Positions 53,230 through 64,000 of a DNA stretch of 64,000 nucleotides are shown in pieces (the first letter of the stretch is position 1; every line of letters starts with the position of its first letter). Source of the stretch: Amoebidium appalachense (Eukaryota; Protista; Ichthyosporea); contig CAVNZM010000012.1 of NCBI GenBank assembly GCA_963693365.1, positions 1,736,001 through 1,800,000 of the forward strand, read 5' to 3'. The position numbers and the translations under genes were made by a program. Under the pieces are notes generated by a model that saw nothing but the letters and a program-made list of their open reading frames with translations, made no database searches and was not told the DNA's origin.

Positions 53230-54800
53230 GATGTCATACTAGGTAGGTGTATGCAGACAGGGCCATCTGCCAGCCAGCAACAATGGGCTCGGGGGCATCA
53301 CCATTACCATATATGGAAGTCAGCGAAGAATGGTCTGTGCGCAAAATAAATGGCTTCCCGTAGGTATACTGATAAAAGGCTTTTCACACAGCCCAATAGA
53401 TGCCCAGACCTTCTCTCTTGGTGGCGGAATAATTGCGCTCGCTCTTACTGAGCGTGCGGGAGGCATAAGCAACGGGGTGCTCCTGCCCGTCATCTCCCAC
53501 CTGCAACAGTACAGCACCAAGCGCCACATTGCTAGCATCGGAGTCCACAATGAAAGGCTTGTCGAAGTTTGGATGAGCCAACACGGGGGCATGTGTGAGA
53601 GCATGCTTTAGAGCATCAAATGCACGTTGCTGCTCCTCAACCCACACAAAATAGGCATTTTTGCGCGTATTCGCACGTGTGCGCGAATTATTCGCTGATA
53701 TTCGCAGGAATATTCTCGCCCGGTGCGCTCACCACAACCTCTGATTCGGCTTGCCCAATAACCTCTGTGCTTTCATCTGCAGCAGCAGTACGGGCTAGCC
53801 TAACCTTCTCCTTGGCCGTGCCATTCCGCTCCGTCGCGCACTAGATGTGGGGGGCTCATTCCCGTGAATCTTTTTGCGCAACTGCTTATCCTGTGGGCTA
53901 TCACCCAACATGCGCTTTAGCGGCTCGGCCAGGTCACTCATATTCGGAACAAACCTTTTGTAATACGAAAACAGACCCAAATCACTCCTTAATTCGGACA
54001 CAGAAGTGAGTGCCTGCTTATCGCGTATCACAGCGATTATCCCGTCATCAAATTTAATACCATCTCTGCCCACACGATGGCATAAATACGCCACCTCTGT
54101 CCGGAAAAAGTGGCACTTGGACCCCTTCAGCTTTAGACCAGCCGCGGACAGCCGCCTGAAAACTTCTTCTAAGAGGGTTAAGCGACTTTCCAAATCCGGG
54201 GTGAACAGAAGAAGGTCAACGATGTACACAAGCAAGTGAACCCACAGCATGCCCGCGAATACGGTTTTCATGGCGCGGCTGAATACAGACGGCATATTCG
54301 TAACCCCAAAGGGTGCGCGACAAAACTGATAGTGACCCCACGGCGTAGTAAAAGCTAACTTAGGCCGTGTTTCTGGAACCACCTCAATTTGGTGATTGCC
54401 GCCATAGAGGTCAGCCACACTGAACCAGCGCGCCCCACGCAACACATCGAGAGAAGTGTCTATGCGGGGTAGGGGGTAGCCATCCCTCACAGTGCATGAA
54501 TTTATTTTCCGAAAATCCAGGCACACTCTTACGCTCCCATCCTTTTTACGCACTAGGACCATGGGTGCAGAGTAGGGAGAGGTGGAAGGCTCAATGACCC
54601 CCCCAGCCAACCATACTTGAAGTTGCTTCAACACTTGATCCCGGATATGGTGTGGAATTTTGTATGGAGGCCGATACTGTGGTTCATTTGTGGTTAGCTC
54701 TATCTTCAGCGTTGCCACATTGGACTTGCCATAATCATGCTCATGTGCAGAAAACACGTGCTTCCATATGCTAAGCAACCTCCGAATGCGCTTAGCGAAT
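53230..54800 (-). pseudogene. Gypsy reverse transcriptase and RNase H, inactivated
   Basis: SPYSAPMVLVRKKDGSVRVCLDFRKIN, PFGVTNMP, YIVD (YxDD lost), KCHF; RNase H DSDASNVALGAVL...VAYASRTL...ERNYSAT. Confidence 0.9.
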
Positions 54801-56071
54801 CTCTTGCTCTCCACCGGTGTCAGATCAGGAAGGGGGATAGTCTCTGGGTCCTCCACGCCCGGTGGTAATTCATCCTCGGTGCCCCCTGAGTCGGCATCAG
54901 ATGCACTGGCTGTGGGCACGTGGCTCACCCCTGCTGCAATCTGATTGGCTCCTGGTGCGCCCGGCTGACTACCACCAGACTGACCTCGTGCATGGCGGGC
55001 CCCTGCACACTGCACATCCTGAGTCTCTTCCCCTGGGCCAGATGCTTCAGTATCCCCGGCAGATACTATCTCCCTCACACTGCCCCTGAGTGTCCTCCCT
55101 TATATGCCACGGCCCAACCCCTCCCTCAGAGGATGAAGCGGCCGGCCCGAAGGTACCCTCAGCCAATGAGAACTCGAGATTCCGATCGGAATGCACATGT
55201 TCGTTTTGAGGAGAGGAAACCTGCCCCTGCCCGGTACCTGCAACCTTACTAGTGCTGGTAGGGGCTGGAGCACCAGGCGCCTGCGACCCTGGGTGCCTGG
55301 CCCTAGCTGCAAAAGCAAGTCGGCCTCTGGCCTTCTTCTTTGACAGCCACGGCTGCACAGTCTCCGTGCGCGCGCGCCCCTGCCTATACACACGTGCAGG
55401 CACACTAGCAGGTACGCGGCCACCCTCACCAATAATAATGTTGTCCCCAGTAGCCCCAGTGGTCCCTGATCCCCCACTGTGGCTCCACCCGTCGGAGGTT
55501 TGTCTGCAGCCGCCGGCGCAGCAGCAGCAAACACCTGTCCACCCACAGAGCCTGACGGTGAGTCTGACCCAACGGCCTCCACAACCAGTCTTCTCTGCAG
55601 CTGGGGACCCGGACACATCGACCAAAACAGTGAGCATATCACCCTCAACCAACGGCTCTAGTGCTGCCACCTGGGTACCAGGCTTCAAATACACATGCTT
55701 TTCAGTCAGATTTGTTAACAGCACCTTGCAGCCGAGGCTGCCATTTACAGACAAGAGTGATTGCACACTATGCGCAGGGTGGAAGGGAATATCGGTGTTA
55801 GAGGTGGGTCTGGGTACGACAACACCCGTCACACCAGCCTCCAAACCCTCCCCCCATCCTTCATCGAGCACAAAGCCACATTCGACCTGAAAGGAGGGAG
55901 ATGCACGCCGGTGGTGGTGATAAGTGTTGCCACCTCACCACCCCCGCCGCACCCCCGCCCCAAGCCACCATACAGGCATATAGCACTCTGCCTGGCCGTG
56001 GGCAGGCCTGAGCAGCACGTGCTTATACAACAGGTCAATCTGTGCATCGAAACCCAACAAGAAATCCATGC

Positions 56072-56400
56072 CTAGCAAGGCTGCATAGGGGAGGCCACGC
56101 AAAATATGAAAGTTTTGCACATGGCTCCATTCTGTGTTGGGCACCTGCAGGTGCAAACCCACACGGCCTGCACATGGCAAGGTGTCCCTGCTAGCACCAA
56201 CAGCACTAAAGTTGTGAACCGGCGAAATGCGCATACGCGTAGCAAATATGGTAATTTCAGAGCAAAATCATATTGCAAGCATGAATGGCTAGCACCGGTA
56301 TCCACAACCACCATAACTAGGTGCCCATGCAACCTCACAGTGGCAAGCAAACAAGAGGTAGAGCCCTTAGCAGACACTTTGCACACAGATGGTTCTTTGG
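56072..56400 (-). pseudogene. Retroviral-type aspartic protease
   Basis: VMVVVDTGASHS; ALLGMDFL follows in the next frame. Confidence 0.85.
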
Positions 56401-56760
56401 GGGTGGGATGCACGCGCCCCGCTAGCCCCGCCAACCCCTCTGCCCGTGCCTGCTTCAAATCCGCAAAATCCTGAACCGACATAACACCCTCATTCCCGGG
56501 TGCACCCTCCCCCTCCCCAACACCTGTGGGGTGGTTGCACCTAGGGTGGACGGGATCACAATATGGGTGGGGGCAAAAGACACAGTTTTTCGAGTGATTG
56601 CTTTATTTCCCTTGCAATTTCCCGCCAGGGGAGAAGGGTCGTGCACAAAATTCTCGTTAACCACTTCACTACTTTGTACACTCTCCTCTCCGATGTGCAA
56701 AAATGCGCTACGCACATCAACTACCCCCGGCACCGCGCCTTCTACCCCCGCTGCGAGTTC

Positions 56761-58995
56761 CTATTTGCGGTGTGAATGCTTCTTCTTGTCTGGGTCACGG
56801 CCCTGCTGATGCTTGCCGTTACCCTTGGGCTCCCCCTTGCATAACCGGGAATCGGAATAGTGGCCTACTTTCTTGCAAACGTTGCAGCGGCGATTAGCAG
56901 CAGGGCATTCCGCATCACCTTTGCGATGTCCCGGCTTCCCGCAGCCGTAGCAAACGACACTGCTGCCTGATGCACCGTATTTGGGCTTCTGTGGGGGAGT
57001 TTTCCACGGATTTTTAATCAAACCGGACCCCACCAGAGCAATAAACGACGGCACATCCAAGCCCAATGCTGCTGCCTGCTCTGCTGCACATTAAACACAC
57101 CGGCTGTACCCTTTGTGTGTTTCTGTGTGCTTTTGCGGTCGCGCTCTTTTTTCGATAAGTGAACGAGTGCATCCTGGTTGGTTAGACACTTTTTCGCACG
57201 CCTCTGCTTCACTGCCCATTTTTGGTAATCACTAAATGCGGCAGCGTTCAACTTGTGCGAAAAATCAATCAAACGCGCTTCATCCGTGCCATGTGGATAC
57301 ACTCGTGCCCACAAGCTAGCGTGCTGTGTATAAAATCCCGAAACCTCCATGTTTCCCTGCTTCAACTCGTCCAGCTTGCCCTGCCATTTTTCCGAAACGT
57401 GCTCACCATGGAACTCCTAATCCACTTCTTGCGCAAAAGCTTCGAACGTGGCATTAGGATGTGTGCGGCAAAATTTGGAAAACCAATTGCGTGCGGGGCT
57501 TGCAGGAGGAAAGCACGAGACAACTAAAGGCACAGCATCATGCACAGGCACACCAGCCACTCTGAAAAACAAGCTTGCAAGCTCAGAGAGCCACTCAACC
57601 ACCGTGCGCGTATCACTCATATCACCCTTAAACTGGGGCACCTTATCTGCAGTGATCAGAGGCGCAAAGTGCCGAGAGGGATGCACAACCAACGGTTTAC
57701 GCCATGCCATATCATTCTCCGGCATCAAAGCAAGGAGCAAATCATGTGCAGACTTCACCTTCTTTGGCTGGTGGTTGTCATCTTCACTCTCCGAGCTGCT
57801 CTGGCTCGCCCCGTCATCCTCGCTGCAGTCCTCCTCAGACACAGTCGTACGTGCACGCCGGCCAGAAGACTTACGCTTGCGAGATGAACGGGTCTTTCTC
57901 TCCTTCTCCACCTTGTTATCTGTGGGCTGAGTGTTGGTACCTGCTGCCCCAACATTGGGCTGCGGATAACCAAACATAAACATGGTGAAGGGGGTCATCA
58001 TGGGCCCACTCATGTTAGTGTTGGGCCCCCCTGCAGGCATGGCCGGGAAACCAAAAGGCCACTGCTGCACCGGCCCACAACCCCGGTGGTTACACCCACA
58101 GTTAGATGGTGTTGTACAGTCCCGACCCCGTGGTGAATGGTCACGGGTGCGTGCGCGAGAAGACTCCCGTTCTGAGTGCGGTCGCGCTGGGGAGAGCGGC
58201 TGCGCGAGCGAGCGCTTGTGCACACACCCACGCTCCTAGTTGCTGAGCTCACCACCGCGCTCGCGCTCACGCACACGCTCAGGGGACCGGCTACGACGAG
58301 AAGGAGAACGGCGCCGCGAGGGAGGGGAGCGGGAACGGTCGGCATCACGGTCAGGTGATGGTGAACGGTACTCACGGCCAGGGGTGGGAGGTTGTAGTTG
58401 TATCCCCGCTGGTCATCTGCCAAAACCCCATAATACTATTCTGTAAGTAAACATCACCCTCCTGGGTCTCACCCTGATTGCCAACTGCCTATTTATTCCC
58501 ACCAGCCTGACTGCCAACACCGCGTGTACCCCTCTTTTTAACAGGAACCCAGCCAGCTTCTCTCAGGGCTTCGAATGCACGCAATGCTTCAGTCTGCCGG
58601 CGCAACACCTCTTCCGTGTTGCTAGCATCTACCCCCATAACCTCAGCGGCATGATCAAGTAAAGAACGTTCCTGTGTGCTAGGGTCACGTGCAGGTGGGG
58701 GTACAGTAAGGTCAGGCTCAGACTCAGAACCATCACCCTCACTAACGTCATCCCCATCCCCCACACGATCAGACACACCAGGAGAGTGCACAGGTGACTG
58801 GGGTTCGTAATCTGAGTCACTACCCTCGTCACTCTGAGACCCCGATCTCTCGCTAGACCCATTCTGCTCCCACTCAGAATCATCAGACTCAGGCTCAACA
58901 TGGAAAGCAGCAACATTAATAGGCCTAGTGCCCCGAAGAGTCCTGCGCCCACGCAACTGAGTAGCAGGCATAACACGACGGCCAGGTGTGTGCAT
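56761..58995 (-). pseudogene. Gag region: acidic and RS-rich N-terminus, capsid-like region and two zinc knuckles, fragmented
   Basis: VPQFKGD...VVEWL...ARNWF capsid-like motif; CYGCGKPGHRKGDAEC and CNVCKKVGHYSDSRLC. Confidence 0.75.
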
Positions 58996-59611
58996 GCCCG
59001 TGTCTCTGTATCGTCACCCAGCCCAGACATGGGTGGAGCCATACACACACGGGAATCATCAGCACACTCACCAGAATCATAAGGGGAACTCTCCCGACCG
59101 CCCTCAGGCATGGCCGAACGCCGGCCAGGCTCACGGCTGCGACTGCGGGAACGGCGCCCGCCTCTCTCAGCCCCAGTGCCAGCCATCTCAGCACGTTCTT
59201 GCCACCACAGTGGCTCACACCAACGTGTCAAATGGGTTCCCTACTGGTCGTGCCCACGGCCCCAACACAGCAGCCTACCCTCCCAGTGGTCACTGTCACA
59301 CAGTACCACCGGTTGCACTTGCAAAGCATAGTGCAAGCAGCTCCAGCCACGCTGGCAGCCACCCACGTTCACGGTGAAAGTCGGAACTTCGCAGTAGCAC
59401 GCCCGATTACCAAGTTGAAGGCGCAAACATCCAAATGTGGCCAACAAATTTTAGGTATCCAATCACAGGAAAACAGCGCGAATCGCAACCAATCACAAAG
59501 TTGTAACTAGGAGAAATTTCCGGACTGTTTACCGTAAAGAATGTGCAAAAACGCTTGATTGTGATCACCCGAAAGTCTAAAAACGCTAATGCAAACGCCC
59601 TAGACCTTCGA

Positions 59612-59627
59612 CTGCCTGCGGTCGCCA
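59612..59627 (-). other. tRNA primer-binding site
   Basis: TGGCGACCGCAGGCAG one base after the LTR end on the - strand; complementary to a tRNA ending ...GGTCGCCA (tRNA identity not determined). Confidence 0.75.
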
Positions 59628-59628
59628 G

Positions 59629-59812
59629 TGAAAACCAGGGTGTGTATACACTAATACTATGTCTTAGTTAACATATGCAGGCTAGGAGAAACACGTAAGT
59701 ATAGAGACAAGAAAGCGGGTGCTACAGCTAGTCTGACACCGCACGACTAGTGTAACGTTTACTCGGACACCTAGCCCCGCCCAAGTGACCCAAGTCTGGA
59801 ATGTACCAACCT
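59629..59812 (-). repeat. 5' LTR remnant (R-U5 only)
   Basis: Matches about 50500-50684 with several substitutions and indels, then breaks into the satellite. Confidence 0.9.
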
Positions 59813-59814
59813 CA

Positions 59815-61135
59815 TATGCTACAAGGGGGGTTCTATACGAGCTACAACGTTGTGTTTTTTTCGTGTAACCCTCGCACTCCAGGGGCACATTCCCCATCCC
59901 CCCCATAAACTTTGTGGTAAATTTCTCGTGCTAGAAGCTGTTCTGTGGGTAGTTATTGAAAAAACCAATAATGTGTAAGCAACGCATGTACATATACTAT
60001 GCTACAAGGGGGGTTCTATTCGAGCTACAACGTTGTGTTTTTTTCGTGTGACCCTCGTACTCCAGGGGCACATTCCCCATCCCCCCCATAAACTGTGTGG
60101 TAAATTTCTCGTGCTAGAAGCTGTTCTGTGGGTAGTTTTTGAAAAAACCAATAATGTGTAAGCAACACATGTACATATACTATGCTACAAGGGGGGTTCT
60201 ATTCGAGCTACAACGTTGTGTTTTTTTCGTGTGACCCTCGTACTCCAGGGGGGCACATTCCCCATCCCCCCCATAAACTGTGTGGTAAATGTCTCGTGCT
60301 AGAAGCTGTTCTGTGGGTAGTTATTGAAAAAACCAAAAATGTCTAGGTAACACATGGACATATACTATGCTACAAGGGGGGTTCTATACGAGCTACAACT
60401 TTGTGTTTTTTTCGTGTGACCCTCGTACTCCAGGGGCACATTCACCATCCCCCCCACAAACTTTGTGGTAAATGTCTCGTGCTAGAGGCTATTCTGTGGG
60501 TAGTTATTGAAAAACCAATAATGTCTAGGTAACATATGTACATATACTATGCTACAAGGGGGGTTCTATACGAGCTACAACGTTGTGTTTTTTTGTGTGT
60601 GACCCTCGTACTCCAGGGGCACATTCCCCATCCCCCCCATAAACGGTGTGGTAAATTTCTCGTGCTAGAAGCTGTTCTGTGGGTAGTTATTGAAAAAACC
60701 AACTTAATGTGTAAGCAACACATGTACATATACTATGCTACAAGGGGGGTTCTATTCGAGCTACAACGTTGTGTTTTTTTCGTGTGACCCTCGTACTCCA
60801 GGGGCACATTTACCATCCCCCCCATAAACTTTGTGGTAAATTTCTCGTGCTAGAGGCTGTTCTGTTGGTAGTTATTGAAAAAACCAAAAATGTCTACTGA
60901 GGTAACACATGGACATATACTATGCTACAAGGGGAGTTCTATACGAGCTACAACGTTGTGCTTTTTTCGTGTGACCCTCGTACTCCAGGGGCACATTTAC
61001 CATCCCCCCCATAAACTTTGAGGTAAATTTCTCGTGCTAGAGGCTGTTCTGTGGGTAGTTATTGAAAACCCAATAATGTCTAGGTAACATATGTACATAT
61101 ACTATGCTACAAGGGGGGTTCTATGCTACAAGGGG
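59815..61135. repeat. Satellite array, ~184-bp unit, 7 full copies plus a partial
   Basis: tatgctacaagggg starts at 59815, 59998, 60181, 60366, 60548, 60734, 60921 and 61103 (periods 182-187). Confidence 0.95.
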
Positions 61136-61170
61136 TGCATGTGCATGTGCATGTGCATGTGTGTGTGTGC

Positions 61171-61212
<42 letters not shown>

Positions 61213-62183
61213 GGAGGGAGGGAGGGACGGAGGGAGGGAGGGACGGGGGGAGGGAGGGAGGGATGGTTGGGAGGGAGGGAGGGAGGGGGGAGGGAGGGAC
61301 GGAGGGAGGGACGGAGGGAGGGAGGGAGGGATGGTTGGGAGGGAGGGAGGGAGGGGGGAGGGGGGAGGGAGGGTGGGAGGGAGGGAGAAAAGAGAGAGAG
61401 ACAGTGTGTGTGTGTGCATATCTGTATGTGTGTGTGTGTGTGTGTGTGTTTGCGTGTGTGTGTGTGTGTGCATATGTGAGTGTGCATGTGCATGTGTGTG
61501 TGTCTGTGTGTGCATATGTGCATGTGTGTGTGTGTGCGTGTGTGTGTGTGTGTATGCGTGTCTGTGTCTGATGTGTGGATGTCTGTGTATGTTGTGTGTG
61601 TGTGCATGTCTGTGTGTGTGTATGTGCTCAGTTGAAAGGGCAGGGGGGGAGAGGGGGGATGCACCGTGTGTGTGCATGTGTGCACGTGTGTGTGTGTGTG
61701 CTCTGTGGAGAGGGAAGGGGAGGGGGGAAATGCACCGTGTGTGTGCATGTATGTGTGTGTGTGTGTGTGTGTCTGTCTGTGTGTATGTGTATGTGTGTGT
61801 TGTGTGTTTGTGTGTGTGTGCATGTCTGTGTGCGTCGTGTGTGGTGTGCGTGTGTGTGTGCATGTCTGTGTGTGTGTGCATGTGTGCATGTGTGCATGTG
61901 CTCGGTGGAGAGGGAAGAGGAAGGGGGGGATTCGTGTCCGTGCATGTGTGCATGTGTGCATTTTTTGTGTGTGTGTGCATGTATGTGTGTGTGTATGTGC
62001 TCGGTTGAGAGGGAAGGGGGGGGGGGGGGGGGGATGCACCATGTGTGTGCATGTGTGCACGTGTGTGTGTGTGTGTGCTCTGTGGAGAGGGAATGGGAGG
62101 GGAGGAAATGCACCGTGTGTGTGCATATGTGTGTGTGTCTCTCTGTACGTGTGTGTGTGTGTGTTGTGTGTTTGTGTGTGTGT

Positions 62184-62273
<90 letters not shown>

Positions 62274-62399
62274 GGTGTGTGTGTGTGTCCCGGTGTGCCA
62301 GTGTGCGTGCGTGTGTGTGAGTGCATGTTTCTGCATTGTGTGCGAGCATGTGGATGCCTTGGGAAGAGCAAGATTGGACGGTATCGAATGCTGTGTGTG

Positions 62400-62437
<38 letters not shown>
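61136..62437. repeat. Compound (GT)n/(GCATGT)n/(GGGA)n block with a recurring gagagggaa...tgcaccgtgtg unit
   Basis: Direct reading. Confidence 0.9.
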
Positions 62438-62439
<2 letters not shown>

Positions 62440-62510
62440 CAATGATAAGCCGGCCATGTGTTTATCATGGCGCACCGGTAAATGCATGTGGCGATTATGT
62501 GTAAATATAT

Positions 62511-62583
62511 AAACGGAAATACATTATAAAAAAGGACTCACTCAACGAGATGAAGGAGCGTTACAGAACGTACGTGTCTGCCG

Positions 62584-62641
<58 letters not shown>

Positions 62642-63018
62642 CCCCCCCTGTCTTCCCTCCTTCCCACTACGACCCCCCCCCCCCCCTGCACGTGTCTAGG
62701 TGTATAGATCCTACACGTAACGATGGCAGAACTTTCGCCATTTGGTAATGGACTCCGTGCCGCTCTAGTGCATTATATTGTAAAGTAATATCACCAACAA
62801 AAAACGCAGGTTCGGCAAAGCTGCGTACGAGTGCTTCAAGGACTCCACCAAGAACGAACTCAAAACATCGAAATTCCATGCTGGTGTGCATTATTCTGAC
62901 GACTATCGCCTCTTTGGCCCGGTGGAGTCAGCTGAGAGCTGGGAGCGTGCTCACAAATACTACTGCAAGATGCCGTATCATATGACCAACAAGAACTCTG
63001 CATGCATTCATTTTGCAG
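62511..63018 (+). pseudogene. Plavaka/CMC-type DNA transposase C-terminal fragment, two exons (62511-62569 and 62810-63018); absent from the ORF track
   Basis: KKDSLNEMKERYRT|FGKAAYECFKDSTKNELKTSKFHAGVHYSDDYRLFGPVESAESWERAHKYYCKMPYHMTNKN fits the KxHxxxHY...RxFG...ExxERxH...KxxYxxTNK motif. Phase-2 GTACGT..CAG intron; GTGAGT donor at 63019. Confidence 0.7.
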
Positions 63019-63303
63019 GTGAGTACTAGTACTCCAAATTATGGTGAAATCTACGATATCCTGCGAGCATGTTTGTATGTCGTAGTCCACATGTCGACGA
63101 TAATATGTATCGTCTTACGACCGTTTGTACCGTACGATATATCGTTTTACGACAGTAATATGGATGGTATTGTTACAGTCTTGGGGATGGCCCATGGATA
63201 TACATAAGGCGTCTTATGGACTATGTTTGGACATCTTTATTACACCGTAGACATGTGAACCACCGAAAGGTGGATACAACAACTTGAAGATGGATACATT
63301 TGC

Positions 63304-63767
63304 ACGGTTAATAACGTGCAGGGGATTGATGGGGCCCAACCAAACTTTGCATTAGGCAGTTTCTCTGTGTGGTTAATGTAACAAAACCGGTCCGACCGTC
63401 GGACTGTCCCCCCATTTCTGTGGGAAAAGTTATTGACCGTTGTACGTCCATATTAGGCAAAATGCGCTGTAATACATAGGGAAAGGGGGCCGGGGGAATT
63501 CAACGGTTAATAACGTGCAGGGGATTGATGGGGGCACAACCAAACTTTGCATGAGGGAGTGTCTCTGTGTGGGGGGTCTAACAAAACCGGTCGGACTGTC
63601 TCCCCATTTCTGTGGGGAAAGTTATTAACCGTTGTACATCCATATTAGGCAAAATGCGCTATAATACATAGGGAAAAGGGGGGGATTCAACAGTTAATAA
63701 CGTGCAGGGGATTGTTGGGAGCACAACCAAACTTTGCATTAGGCAGTTCTCTGTGTGGGGGGTCTAA
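63304..63767. repeat. Tandem array of ~190-200-bp units (about 2.4 copies) with an internal inverted repeat
   Basis: ac(g/a)gttaataacgtgcaggggattg at 63304, 63503 and 63690; caacggttaataac...gttattaaccgttg within the unit. Confidence 0.9.
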
Positions 63768-64000
63768 TTATCCCTACTATAATCAGTGCCGTTCCAGGCA
63801 CCCACAAACTCTGCTAGTTGTTGTACCCCCTCAGCATCCGATTCGTTCTCTTATGTATTCTCTTTCAAGTATGCCAGCATTCCCACGAAACCCCCATAAA
63901 ACATCCATAACGGTTATATGTATCCAGAAGGCCGTGCCACCAGTTATTATTTACAATTTTACAAGAAAATTATTAACACCTATATTACACATATCTGCCT

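Larger units (their letters stand above)
50500..59812 (-). mobile_element. Ty3/gypsy LTR retrotransposon with chromodomain integrase, decayed
   Basis: Order on the - strand: LTR remnant, PBS, gag with two zinc knuckles, protease, RT, RNase H, integrase, chromodomain, PPT, LTR. Many frameshifts and stops. Confidence 0.95.

Noticed and set aside
59815-61135. CRISPR-like array
   Set aside because: Whole units repeat with no unique spacers, the context is eukaryotic, and there are no cas genes.

Overview
Eukaryotic, intron-rich genomic DNA saturated with poly(C)/poly(G), (CA)n/(GT)n and (GA)n tracts, so most of the six-frame ORF track is simple-repeat noise. The organism cannot be identified from this window. 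Recognisable host genes are an intronless NDUFA4/MLRQ-family gene (-, 4244-4474), a 3-exon ACTR10 (dynactin Arp10/Arp11; -, 28724-32405) and, head-to-head with it, a multi-exon trimethylguanosine synthase TGS1 (+, from at least 35023 to beyond 44237; first and last exons not found). There is also a disrupted BTB/BACK-MATH-like gene (-, 13137-15206) and an orphan TATA-preceded ORF (25772-26470). The rest is largely mobile DNA: two copies of a LINE-type RT element (1397-2871; about 47790-50185), a 5'-truncated Naiad/Chlamys-type Penelope-like RT (17673-18848) and a decayed chromodomain Ty3/gypsy element (50500-59812) whose 5' LTR is cut off by a ~184-bp satellite. Further mobile DNA includes an intron-containing Plavaka/CMC-type transposase fragment missed by the ORF track (62511-63018), a 40-bp TIR-only element with an 8-bp target-site duplication (957-996) and several short dispersed elements. 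The most interesting pattern is that unrelated retroelements and short elements all end in ...AAAC or ...CA running into poly(C), and several have poly(C) on both sides. This suggests a poly(C)-targeting or poly(C)-tailing retrotransposition system linked to the genome's homopolymer load (inference).
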